Shown: piece by piece, positions 8,964-16,379 of the stretch
Position numbering within the stretch: the first letter of the stretch is position 1
Layout of the letters: each line of letters opens with the position of its first letter
Assembly (NCBI GenBank): GCA_963843975.1
Contig: CAWJMG010000001.1
Location: 150,001-182,000 of the forward strand
DNA length: 32,000 nt
DNA from: an uncultured Actinomycetes bacterium
GTDB lineage: Bacteria; Actinomycetota; Actinomycetes; S36-B12; CAIYMF01
Direction: 5' to 3'
The notes under the pieces: generated by a model
Told to the model about the DNA's origin: nothing
What the model saw: only the letters and a program-made list of their open reading frames with translations
The model's database searches: none
Made by a program: the position numbers and the translations under genes

Positions 8964-9523
8964 GAGCTCTCGCCTCCGGCGGGGATCAGGTCGTCGAGGC
9001 CGCGCCGCGCGAGGGCCTCGCGCAGGGCCGTCAGGCCGCGGGCGGCCTGGCTCTTCACGTTGCCGCTGCTGGTGCTCAGCGCGGCTGCGGTCTGCTCCAC
9101 GGACAGGTCCTCCCAGTAGCGCAGGACGAGCACCGCGCGCTGCCCCGGCGGTACGTCGCGGAGCGCGGCGATCAGGTCGTCGCGCGGGCCGTCGGGGCCG
9201 TCGATGTGCGGCGCCTCGCGGTCGGGCACGTCGCCGTACGGCTCCTCGCGGCGCGAGGGCTTCTTGCGGTGGTCGAGGTAGAGGTTGAGCAGCACGCGCC
9301 GGGCGTACGCGCTCGGGTCGCCGCTGCCGGCGACGCGGTCCCAGACGGAGTAGAGCCGCGCGAGGGTCTCCTGGGCGAGGTCCTCGGCGAGGTGCCAGTC
9401 GCCGCTGAGGAGGAACGCCGTCGACCGCAGGCCCGAGCGGTGCTCGCCCGCCCAGCCGCGGAAGTCGGCCTCTGCCCCCTGCCTCACGCCGTCATCCTCC
9501 CGCGCGGGCCGAACGGCCCTCAC
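8960..9523 (-). CDS. ECF-type sigma-70 family RNA polymerase sigma factor
   Basis: Region 2 reads DLAQETLARLY...RRVLLNLYLDH and region 4 reads LSVEQTAAALSTSSGNVKSQAARG. The longest ORF starts at GTG 9523. An internal GTG at 9487 has a strong GGGAGG about 8 nt upstream and is the more likely start. Confidence 0.85.
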   Translation of the reverse strand: MRAVRPAREDDGVRQGAEADFRGWAGEHRSGLRSTAFLLSGDWHLAEDLAQETLARLYSVWDRVAGSGDPSAYARRVLLNLYLDHRKKPSRREEPYGDVPDREAPHIDGPDGPRDDLIAALRDVPPGQRAVLVLRYWEDLSVEQTAAALSTSSGNVKSQAARGLTALREALARRGLDDLIPAGGESS

Positions 9524-9528
9524 CGACT

Positions 9529-9556
9529 ACACGACACCCGGCACCCATCCGGTTGC
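9529..9556 (-). promoter_or_regulatory. Candidate ECF-type promoter (GCAACC-N17-CGTGT) upstream of the sigma gene
   Basis: On the minus strand, GCAACC (9556-9551) is followed 17 nt later by CGTGT (9533-9529). This resembles the (G/T)GAACC...CGT class of ECF promoters. It is a pattern match only. Confidence 0.25.
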
Positions 9557-9557
9557 A

Positions 9558-9656
9558 CGCCGGTGGTCGGGACCCCCCGCCGAGCACGCAACCACCGGCG
9601 AGCCCCGGGACCGGTGGTCGAAACGGACGCTAGAGCGTCCGTTTGGACCACCGGTC
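9558..9656. promoter_or_regulatory. Two tandem palindromes built from four copies of CCGGTGGT/ACCACCGG
   Basis: IR1 pairs CGCCGGTGGT (9558-9567) with ACCACCGGCG (9591-9600). IR2 has 23-nt arms at 9609-9631 and 9634-9656 with one mismatch. Both lie between the divergent sigma gene and the 9683 ORF. Confidence 0.6.
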
Positions 9657-9682
9657 GCGGGCGGAGTCGTCAGGATGACGCC

Positions 9683-10027
9683 GTGAGCTTCGACCTGGCT
9701 GTGTGGGAGGGGCCGCGGCCAATCTCGGACGCCGTGGCCGCGGAGACGTACCAGCGGATCATGGATGCGCTCGAGGCAGGCGACCACCAGCCGCCGACGC
9801 CCGCGATCGCGGCGTTCGTGCAGGCGTTGCTCGCGCGGTGGCCGGACATCGACGTCGACGAGTCGAGCCCGTGGTCGGCGTCGCCTCTCATCGGCGACGC
9901 GAGCGGCTCGACGTTCTACACCGGCGTCGTGTGGAGCCGCGCCGACGAGGCGGGCGAGTTCATCGCCACGATCGCGCGCGAGCACGGCCTCGTCTGCTAC
10001 GACCCGCAGTCCGAGCGCCTCCTCTGA
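9683..10027 (+). CDS. Hypothetical protein (114 aa)
   Basis: GTG 9683 (VSFDLAVWEGPRP...) in a frame with high third-position GC. The part of the track ORF upstream of 9683 crosses the intergenic palindromes. I recognise no domain. Confidence 0.6.
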   Translation: MSFDLAVWEGPRPISDAVAAETYQRIMDALEAGDHQPPTPAIAAFVQALLARWPDIDVDESSPWSASPLIGDASGSTFYTGVVWSRADEAGEFIATIAREHGLVCYDPQSERLL

Positions 10028-10036
10028 CCACCAAGA

Positions 10037-10090
10037 CCGATTTGGTAGTGCTAAAGCGTCACCCGTGACGCCTTAGCACTACCAAATCGG
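10037..10090. terminator. Long hairpin between convergent genes (probable bidirectional terminator)
   Basis: A 26-bp stem with one mismatch pairs CCGATTTGGTAGTGCTAAAGCGTCAC with GTGACGCCTTAGCACTACCAAATCGG. It is much more AT-rich than its surroundings. It begins 10 nt after the TGA at 10025-10027 and ends 9 nt before the minus-strand stop at 10099-10101. There is no clear U-tract. Confidence 0.6.
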
Positions 10091-10098
10091 GGGTGGGG

Positions 10099-10320
10099 TC
10101 AGTGCTTGGGCTTGTCGAACGCCTGGTCGCGCATCGGCAGGGCCGCCGGGTTCGCCATCTGCATGAAGGCCGTGTCGTGCACTCCGGCAGCCATCGGGTC
10201 CTCCTTGCGGAGCCTGTCGCCACGCTTGCCCACCGAGGAGTAGAACCAGGCCCACGCGACGCCGGAGCCGATCCCGAGCATGACGAGCAGCAGTCCCCAG
10301 ATCCTGACGTCACCCGACAT
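10099..10320 (-). CDS. Small membrane protein (73 aa), unknown function
   Basis: ATG 10320 is preceded by GGGGAGG at about 6 nt. There is one TM helix (IWGLLLVMLGIGSGVAWAWFY). Confidence 0.65.
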   Translation of the reverse strand: MSGDVRIWGLLLVMLGIGSGVAWAWFYSSVGKRGDRLRKEDPMAAGVHDTAFMQMANPAALPMRDQAFDKPKH

Positions 10321-10397
10321 GCGGGCCTCCCCGTCCTGGTAGGTACGACGACGGTAGCCCCGCGCACGACGACGGCGGAACAGTCGGAACGTCTCGA

Positions 10398-10448
10398 TCT
10401 GGATGCGTGAGGGGCCTGAATATGTGCCTGTGAAGCATCCAGATCGGG
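10398..10448 (-). repeat. Conserved 51-nt stem-loop element, copy 2 (reverse orientation)
   Basis: The minus strand reads CCCGATCTGGATGCTTCA-N24-GCATCCAGA. The stem extends to 12 bp (CGATCTGGATGC/GCATCCAGATCG). It starts 10 nt after the stop of the 10459-10650 ORF. Confidence 0.7.
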
Positions 10449-10458
10449 CCCTGTGCGG

Positions 10459-10650
10459 TCAGGCGTGCGAGGCGAGGCACCAGGGGGTGCAGAGCGGGCC
10501 GCACGGCTCGGGCGGCGCGGGCTTGGTGAGGCGCAGCCTCGGGTCGGCCTCGAGGTCGAGCGGGTCGCCGTCGCACAGGTCGGCCAGCGGCGGGCACGGC
10601 TCAGGCAGAGCCGACGGCATCGTCTCCCGGCGCCCCACCACCTCGGTCAT
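10459..10650 (-). CDS. Candidate small Cys-rich protein (63 aa), unknown function
   Basis: MTEVVGRRETMPSALPEPCPPLADLCDGDPLDLEADPRLRLTKPAPPEPCGPLCTPWCLASHA. Of the 63 codons, 61 end in G or C, which is a strong coding signature here. It is hidden at the 3' end of the 935-aa read-through ORF. There is no clear Shine-Dalgarno for ATG 10650, but the second ATG at 10620 has GGGAGA upstream. Confidence 0.45.
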   Translation of the reverse strand: MTEVVGRRETMPSALPEPCPPLADLCDGDPLDLEADPRLRLTKPAPPEPCGPLCTPWCLASHA

Positions 10651-10749
10651 GGCCGGGAGTGTGCACCCGGCAGGCCCTCGTGCGCACGGGTTTCGGCGTG
10701 ATCGCCGTACGTCGCCACGCCACGCGACGGCCGCGCTAGCGTCGGGCGC

Positions 10750-11172
10750 ATGACGACGCCGACCGCGGGCTACTCCGGCACTCCGCTGCCGAAGAAGCTC
10801 GGCATCAAGCCGGGCAGCCGCGTGCTGCTCGACGGCGCACCCGACGACTTCGAGAGCACGCACCTCGCACCGCTGCCCGACGGCGTCGAGATGCACCGTC
10901 GCGCGGGGAAGACGCCGTACGACCTGGTCGTGGCCTTCCGCACGGACGCACGCTCGCTCGTGAAGAACCTGCCGCGCGACATCACGCGCATCACCATGCC
11001 CGGCCGCCTCTGGCTCGCGTGGCCGAAGAAGGCCAGCGGCGTCGCGACCGACCTCACCGGCGACGTCGTCCGCGAGGAGGGCCTGGCCGCCGGAGTGGTC
11101 GACATCAAGGTCTGCGCGATCGACGAGACCTGGAGCGGCCTCGCCTTCGTCCGCAGGGTGGCCGACCGCTAG
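10750..11172 (+). CDS. DUF3052-like conserved actinobacterial protein (140 aa)
   Basis: MTTPTAGYSGTPLPKKLGIKPGSRVLL...WLAWPKKASG...VCAIDETWSGLAF matches my recollection of the DUF3052 family. Its TAG stop shares the CTAG tetranucleotide with the convergent ptrB stop. Confidence 0.75.
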   Translation: MTTPTAGYSGTPLPKKLGIKPGSRVLLDGAPDDFESTHLAPLPDGVEMHRRAGKTPYDLVVAFRTDARSLVKNLPRDITRITMPGRLWLAWPKKASGVATDLTGDVVREEGLAAGVVDIKVCAIDETWSGLAFVRRVADR

Positions 11173-13266
11173 ACCGCCACGCCCAGGGCTGCGAGGACCC
11201 AGGCGTAGACCTCGGCCTCGTAGTCGAGGCTCGGCGTAGCGGCCGCTCGGGCCGCCGTGCGCACCCGCGGCCGTCTCGGGACGGAACAGCACCGTGGCAG
11301 CCGACACCGGCGACGACGGATCCGCGCCGGCCCCGGCCGCCGGGTCGGACGCCCTCAACCGCGCGACCCACCGCGCCGGCTCGCGCACGAGCACCCGCGG
11401 GTCGTGCACGGCACCGGTCACGAGCAGCGGGGGCCGGTCGACCAGGGCGGGCAGGTTCTCGATCGGCGCGTACGCCGCGAGCCAGTCGCACTGCGCCGGG
11501 TCGCGCGGGTCGCCCCACTCGAGCCACTCCTGCGCGGTCAGCGGCAGCGACGGGTCGAGCATCGTCGTGACGACGTCGACGAACGGCACCTCGGCCACGA
11601 TCCCCGCGAACAGCCGCGGGAACTGCGCGTACATCGCGCCCTGCAGCAGCCCGCCCGCCGACAGCCCGCGCGACACCACCGACGACACGACGCCGTCGAG
11701 CAGGTAGGCCGCCACCGCGCCGTGATCGGTGAACGTGTTCTGCTTCGCCGCCAGGTGACCGTCCTCCCACCAGCGCCGACCCATCTCGCCGCCGCCGCGC
11801 GGGTGGCCCAGGGCGAACACGACGCCTCGGTCGAGCAGCGAGGGCAGCGGCCGCTCGAAGTCCCAGTCGGGGTCGAGGCAGACCTCGTAGGAGCCGTAGC
11901 CGTAGAGCAGGCACGGCGCGGTGCCGTCGAGCGGGGTGTCCTTGTGCCGTACGAGGATCACGGGCACGAGCACGCCGTCCGAGCTCGGCGCGAGCCGCCG
12001 CTCGGTGACGTACGCAGAAGCATCGACGCCGACCGTCTCGCGCACATGCCGCGGCGCGCGACGGCCGGTCCAGGACACGTCGGTCCACACCGTCGGACGG
12101 ATGAACGAGTCGACCAACACCGTGACCGCGGCCGCGTGGTGGTCGTCGTTGCGGCCGATCGTCACACTGCCGCCGGCGTCCTCGGGGACGACGTCGAACG
12201 GCTCACCACCGCGCGGATGGAAGCGCAGGATGGCGACGCCGTCGCGGCGCAGCGACAGCACGAAGCCGTCGGCGAACGCGTCCGCGCCCCAGACGCGCAC
12301 GGCCTTGTCCTCGGGCAGCAGCGGCGTCCACGACGCCGGGTCGGACTCCGGCGCCCACATCACGCGGAACTCCGGCGCATCGAGGTTGGTGACCACGAGG
12401 AACCCGTCTCCACCGTCAGGCCCGAGGCCCGGTGCGTGCTCGAGCTCGTACTCGAGCCCCACCTCCCGCGGCCGCACGAGCAGCGGCGTCGCGTCGGCGA
12501 CGTCGAGGCGCAGCAGGTGCTCCTCGCGGAAGCTCCTGCCCCGCAACGAGATCGCGGCGTACGTGCCTGAGCGCGAGGCGTGCAGCTCGATCTCGAGCCG
12601 CTCGTCGAGGTCCTCGAGCACGAGCACGTCCGACGACACCGGCGCGCCGAGCACGTGCCTCCACACCTGGTACGGCCGGTACGCGTCGTCGTGCACCACG
12701 TAGAGGAACGTCGACGAGTCGGTCGACCAGGCGCCGCCGTAGTAGGTGTGCTCGACCACCTCGGGCAGGTCGACGCCGGTCGACAGGTCGCGGAAGCGCA
12801 GCGCATAGACCTCGTCGCCGTCGAGATCGACCGACCATGCGAGCCAGCGGCCGTCCGGGCTCACCTCCAGCACGCCGTCGCGGGCATAGCCCGTGCCGCC
12901 GGCGTCGTGCACGACCTGCAGGTCGAGCAGCACGGCCTCGGACTGGGACGGCGAGGCCACCGGCCTGCGCACGAGCCGCTCGTACTCCGACCCCTCGGGG
13001 GTCACGAGGCGGTAGGCCCAGCCGCCCGCCTCCCACGGTGCGCTCGGCTCGACGTCCGGCAGCCGCCGGTGCATCTCCGCCGCAAGGGTCTCCCGCGCCG
13101 CAGTCAGGCCGACCACCCGCGAGTCGTAGTACGCCCGCTCGGCCTCGAGGTGGGCGAGCATCTCCGGCTCGTCCGGCTCGGCGATCCACGCGTAGGGGTC
13201 GACCCGCTCGCGCCCGTGCAGCACGGTGGTCTCGGGGCGTACGGCGGCCGCAGGAGGCTGGAGCAT
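11169..13266 (-). CDS. ptrB: Oligopeptidase B / S9 prolyl-oligopeptidase family serine protease, with an apparent +1 frameshift near 11229
   Basis: The N-terminus reads HGRERVDPYAWI. The catalytic residues are in GLSAGGLL (Ser), VHDPRV (Asp) and GAHGGPSGRY (His). The native-looking C-terminus LDYEAEVYAWVLAALGVAV* is in the adjacent frame and ends at 11169. 2098 nt equals 699 codons plus 1 nt. Confidence 0.85.
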
Positions 13267-13462
13267 GCGGGGACGCTAACCGACGAAGGTGCTCCGGCGG
13301 GGCGCGTCCCGCACCGGAAGATGACGCCCCCGAAACGATCAGGTCACAAATGTCCCGATTTGCTCGATCGTGGGGTAGGAATGCGCCACGCCACCCTGAC
13401 TCACCGGTCAGGACGGCCGGGAGGTGGGTCCCGGCGCGGCGTCGTACCGAAGGGGCATCAGC

Positions 13463-15331
13463 GTGGCGACTCGTCGATCTCGGATCCTGGCCGCGGCGGG
13501 GGCCGCAGCGCTCCTCGCGGGGATCGGCCTCGGGGCCGGTGCGCCCGCGAGCGCCGCCGACCCGGTCGTGCTCACCGTCGGCATCACCCAGGACATCGAC
13601 TCGGCCAACCCGTTCACGGGCTACCTCGCCGAGGCGTACGAGATCTACCAGCTCGAGTACCCCACGCTGCTCAACTCCTCCCCTGAGGACTTCTCCCCCG
13701 TGCCCGGCCTCGCCGAGTCCTGGCAGGAGTCGGCCGACAAGAAGACATGGACCTACAAGCTCCGCGCCGGGATGAAGTGGAGCGACGGCACGCCGCTCAC
13801 CGCCAAGGACGCCGCCTACACGTTCAACCGCATCCTCACGGGCGAGTACGAGAAGACGAACTTCGGCTCGTACACGGCCAACATCACCAAGGCCGAGGCC
13901 ACCGACGACACGACGCTGGTCCTGACCGTGAGCAAGCCCTCGCCGATCATGGAGCGCCTCGCCGTCTACATCCTCCCGGAGCACATCTGGAAGGACATCG
14001 ACGAGAAGAAGGTGCAGTCGTACAAGAACGAGGGCACCGAGGCCGCCCCGACCGTCGGCGCCGGCCCCTTCGTCATGGTCGAGCGCCAGGTCGGCCAGTT
14101 CATCCGGCTCAAGGCCAACGACAACTTCTACGGCGGCCGCCCGGCGGTCGACGAGCTGGTCTTCAAGATCTACTCCAACGGCGACGCGCTCGGCCAGGCC
14201 CTGAAGAAGGGCGAGATCGACTTCGCCGACTCCCTGAGCGCCAACGTCTACGACTCGCTGCAGGGCGCCGAGGGCATCACCGCCGTGTCGGCGCAGTACT
14301 CCGGCTTCAACGAGCTGGCCTTCAACACCGGTGCCGCGCTCGACGACGGCACCCCGATCGGCGACGGCAACCCGCTGCTCAAGGACAAGGCGCTGCGCCA
14401 GGCCATCGGCTGGGCGATCGACCGGCAGACCCTGGTCGACAAGGTGCTCGGCGGCGGCGGATCTGCGGGGTCGACGATCATCCCGCCCATCTACCCGAAC
14501 CTCCAGCTCCAGCCTGCCAACCCGGTCGGCTTCGACCCGGAGAAGGCCAAGCAGCTGCTCGACGCGGCCGGCTACACGGTCGGGTCCGACGGCATCCGCC
14601 AGAACGCCGCGGGCGACAAGCTCTCGTTCCGCCTCTACTGGCGCACCGAGTCCGAGGAGTCGAAGAAGTCGGCGCAGTTCATCAAGGGCTGGCTCGCCGC
14701 GGTCGGCATCGAGATCAAGGACAAGGGCCTCGCCGCCGACGGCCCGCTCACCGAGGTCATCGGCGCCGGCAACTTCGACATGTTCGAGTGGGGCTGGGTC
14801 GTCGAGCCCGACCCGAACTACCAGCTCTCCACCTTCACCTGCGCCAACCGCTCGTACAAGGACGGCGACGCGGTGCTGGCGAACCTGTCCGACTCGTTCT
14901 ACTGCAACCCCGAGTACGACAAGCTCTTCGAGCAGCAGTCGGTCGAGACCGACTCTGCGAAGCGCACCGACATCGTCAAGCAGATGCAGCAGATGCTGTA
15001 CGACGATGCGCCGTACGTCGTGACCTACTACTACGACAACCGAGAGGCGTACCGCTCCGACCGCTTCACCGGCTTCGTGCCGCAGCCCTCGCCGAACGGT
15101 TCGCTGCTGTTCCAGTACGGCACGTGGTCGTACGAGAACGTGAAGCCCGTGAGCGCCGAGAGCCCCGCGGCCAGCGGATCGGCGAGCGCGTCGACCGGTG
15201 GCGGCACGACCGAGAGCAGCTCGTCGAACGTGCCGCTCATCGTAGGTGGCGTCGTGGCCCTGCTCGCCGTGCTGGGCGTCGGCATCGCGGTCGGACGCCG
15301 CGGCGGCCGGTCCGACGACGACGAGGAGTAG
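13463..15331 (+). CDS. Peptide/nickel-type ABC transporter substrate-binding protein (family 5) with a C-terminal TM anchor
   Basis: GTG 13463 lies about 7 nt after GAAGGGG (the longest ORF starts at 13424). The signal peptide is TRRSRILAAAGAAALLAGIGLGAGAPASA. The body is SBP_bac_5-like. The C-terminus has a Ser/Gly linker, a hydrophobic helix (VPLIVGGVVALLAVLGVGIAVG) and then RRGGRSDDDEE. Confidence 0.85.
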   Translation: MATRRSRILAAAGAAALLAGIGLGAGAPASAADPVVLTVGITQDIDSANPFTGYLAEAYEIYQLEYPTLLNSSPEDFSPVPGLAESWQESADKKTWTYKLRAGMKWSDGTPLTAKDAAYTFNRILTGEYEKTNFGSYTANITKAEATDDTTLVLTVSKPSPIMERLAVYILPEHIWKDIDEKKVQSYKNEGTEAAPTVGAGPFVMVERQVGQFIRLKANDNFYGGRPAVDELVFKIYSNGDALGQALKKGEIDFADSLSANVYDSLQGAEGITAVSAQYSGFNELAFNTGAALDDGTPIGDGNPLLKDKALRQAIGWAIDRQTLVDKVLGGGGSAGSTIIPPIYPNLQLQPANPVGFDPEKAKQLLDAAGYTVGSDGIRQNAAGDKLSFRLYWRTESEESKKSAQFIKGWLAAVGIEIKDKGLAADGPLTEVIGAGNFDMFEWGWVVEPDPNYQLSTFTCANRSYKDGDAVLANLSDSFYCNPEYDKLFEQQSVETDSAKRTDIVKQMQQMLYDDAPYVVTYYYDNREAYRSDRFTGFVPQPSPNGSLLFQYGTWSYENVKPVSAESPAASGSASASTGGGTTESSSSNVPLIVGGVVALLAVLGVGIAVGRRGGRSDDDEE

Positions 15332-15341
15332 GTAGCCGCCC

Positions 15342-16379
15342 GTGGCGATCCTGGGCGAGGTCGAGAGCGCCCCACGGCACCGCAGGTCGGTGTCGTGGGG
15401 GCTCGCGAACCCCACTGCGCGCTACGCCGTCAGCCGCACGCTGTCGGCGCTCGGCACGTTCGTCTTCGTGCTGCTGTTCAACTTCTTCCTGTTCCGCATC
15501 CTCCCCGGCGACCCGATCGCGCTCTACACCCGCGGCCGCAACGTCGACCAGGACGCCATCCGCGCGCTGCGCGAGAAGCTGAACGCACCGATCGGCGAGC
15601 AGTTCATCGGCTACCTGAAGAACCCGTTCACCGGCAACGGCGACTCGGTGCGCTTCCAGCAGCCGGTGTGGGAGGTGATCGGTCCGCGGGTCGGGCCGAC
15701 CCTGCTGCTCGTGGGCACCGCCACGGTCATCGCGACGCTCATCGGCGTCTGGCTCGGCATCCGCAGCGGCTGGAACCGTGGCGGTCGCTTCGACAAGGTC
15801 TCCACCACCACGACGCTGGTGCTCTACTCCATGCCCGAGTTCTGGTTCGGCATGATCATGCTGATCGTCTTCGCCGTCGGCGTCGGCCCGATCCCGGGCT
15901 TCTTCCCGATCGGCGGCCTGTCGACACCGGGCGTGGACACCTCGACACCTGCGGGATGGCTCGACGTCGCCTGGCACCTCGTGCTGCCGGTAACGACGCT
16001 CGCGGTCATCTACCTCGCCGAGTACTCCCTCATCATGCGCGCGTCGCTGATCGAGGAGACGAGCCAGGACTACGTCCGCACCGCCCGGGCCAAGGGGCTC
16101 ATGGACAAGATGGTGCGCCGCCAGCACGCCGTCCCCAACGCGCTGCTCCCCACGATGACGCTGGTGTTCCTCAACCTCGGTTTCGTCGTCGGCGGCGCGA
16201 TCACGATCGAGACGGTGTTCTCCATCAACGGCCTCGGGTCGCTGACGGTCTACGCGCTATCCGGCCCCGACGTGCCGCTGCTGCAGGCGCTGTTCCTGCT
16301 CTTCTCCGGGGCGGTCATCTTCGCCAACCTCGTCGCCGATCTACTCTACGGCTGGTTCGACCCGCGGGTGCGCACATGA
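15342..16379 (+). CDS. ABC transporter permease (DppB/OppB-like)
   Basis: Polytopic membrane protein with the ARAKGL motif of the family. It follows the SBP gene by 10 nt. Confidence 0.85.
   Translation: MAILGEVESAPRHRRSVSWGLANPTARYAVSRTLSALGTFVFVLLFNFFLFRILPGDPIALYTRGRNVDQDAIRALREKLNAPIGEQFIGYLKNPFTGNGDSVRFQQPVWEVIGPRVGPTLLLVGTATVIATLIGVWLGIRSGWNRGGRFDKVSTTTTLVLYSMPEFWFGMIMLIVFAVGVGPIPGFFPIGGLSTPGVDTSTPAGWLDVAWHLVLPVTTLAVIYLAEYSLIMRASLIEETSQDYVRTARAKGLMDKMVRRQHAVPNALLPTMTLVFLNLGFVVGGAITIETVFSINGLGSLTVYALSGPDVPLLQALFLLFSGAVIFANLVADLLYGWFDPRVRT

Noticed and set aside
6915-10448. The inverted 51-nt repeats as ends of a transposon or an invertible DNA segment
   Set aside because: There is no transposase, integrase or invertase between or near them, and I see no flanking target-site duplication. 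The enclosed cbiX belongs functionally to the upstream cys operon. Both copies sit in stop-codon-proximal positions, which fits an RNA or REP-like role better.
10459-13266. The 935-aa ORF taken as a single giant peptidase gene
   Set aside because: Only the first ~680 codons match oligopeptidase B. The native C-terminus and stop lie in the adjacent frame at 11169. The remainder runs antisense through a well-supported DUF3052 gene, so it is read-through created by one extra base.
10459-13266. The small Cys-rich peptide plus the S9 prolyl-oligopeptidase-family enzyme as a RiPP precursor/protease pair
   Set aside because: The two are separated by an unrelated convergent/divergent gene and are not co-oriented as an operon. 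No modifying enzymes (cyclase, radical SAM, dehydratase) are present. PtrB looks like the ordinary housekeeping oligopeptidase B.
12416-15415. Very long antisense or alternate-frame ORFs (for example 999 aa at 12416-15415 on the - strand, 5413-7122 -, 7686-9119 +, 19339-20928 -, 19551-22328 +)
   Set aside because: These are typical stop-poor shadow ORFs of GC-rich DNA. Their translations are dominated by Arg, Ala, Gly and Pro. They have no domain signatures, and each overlaps a gene with clear family motifs on the other strand or in another frame.
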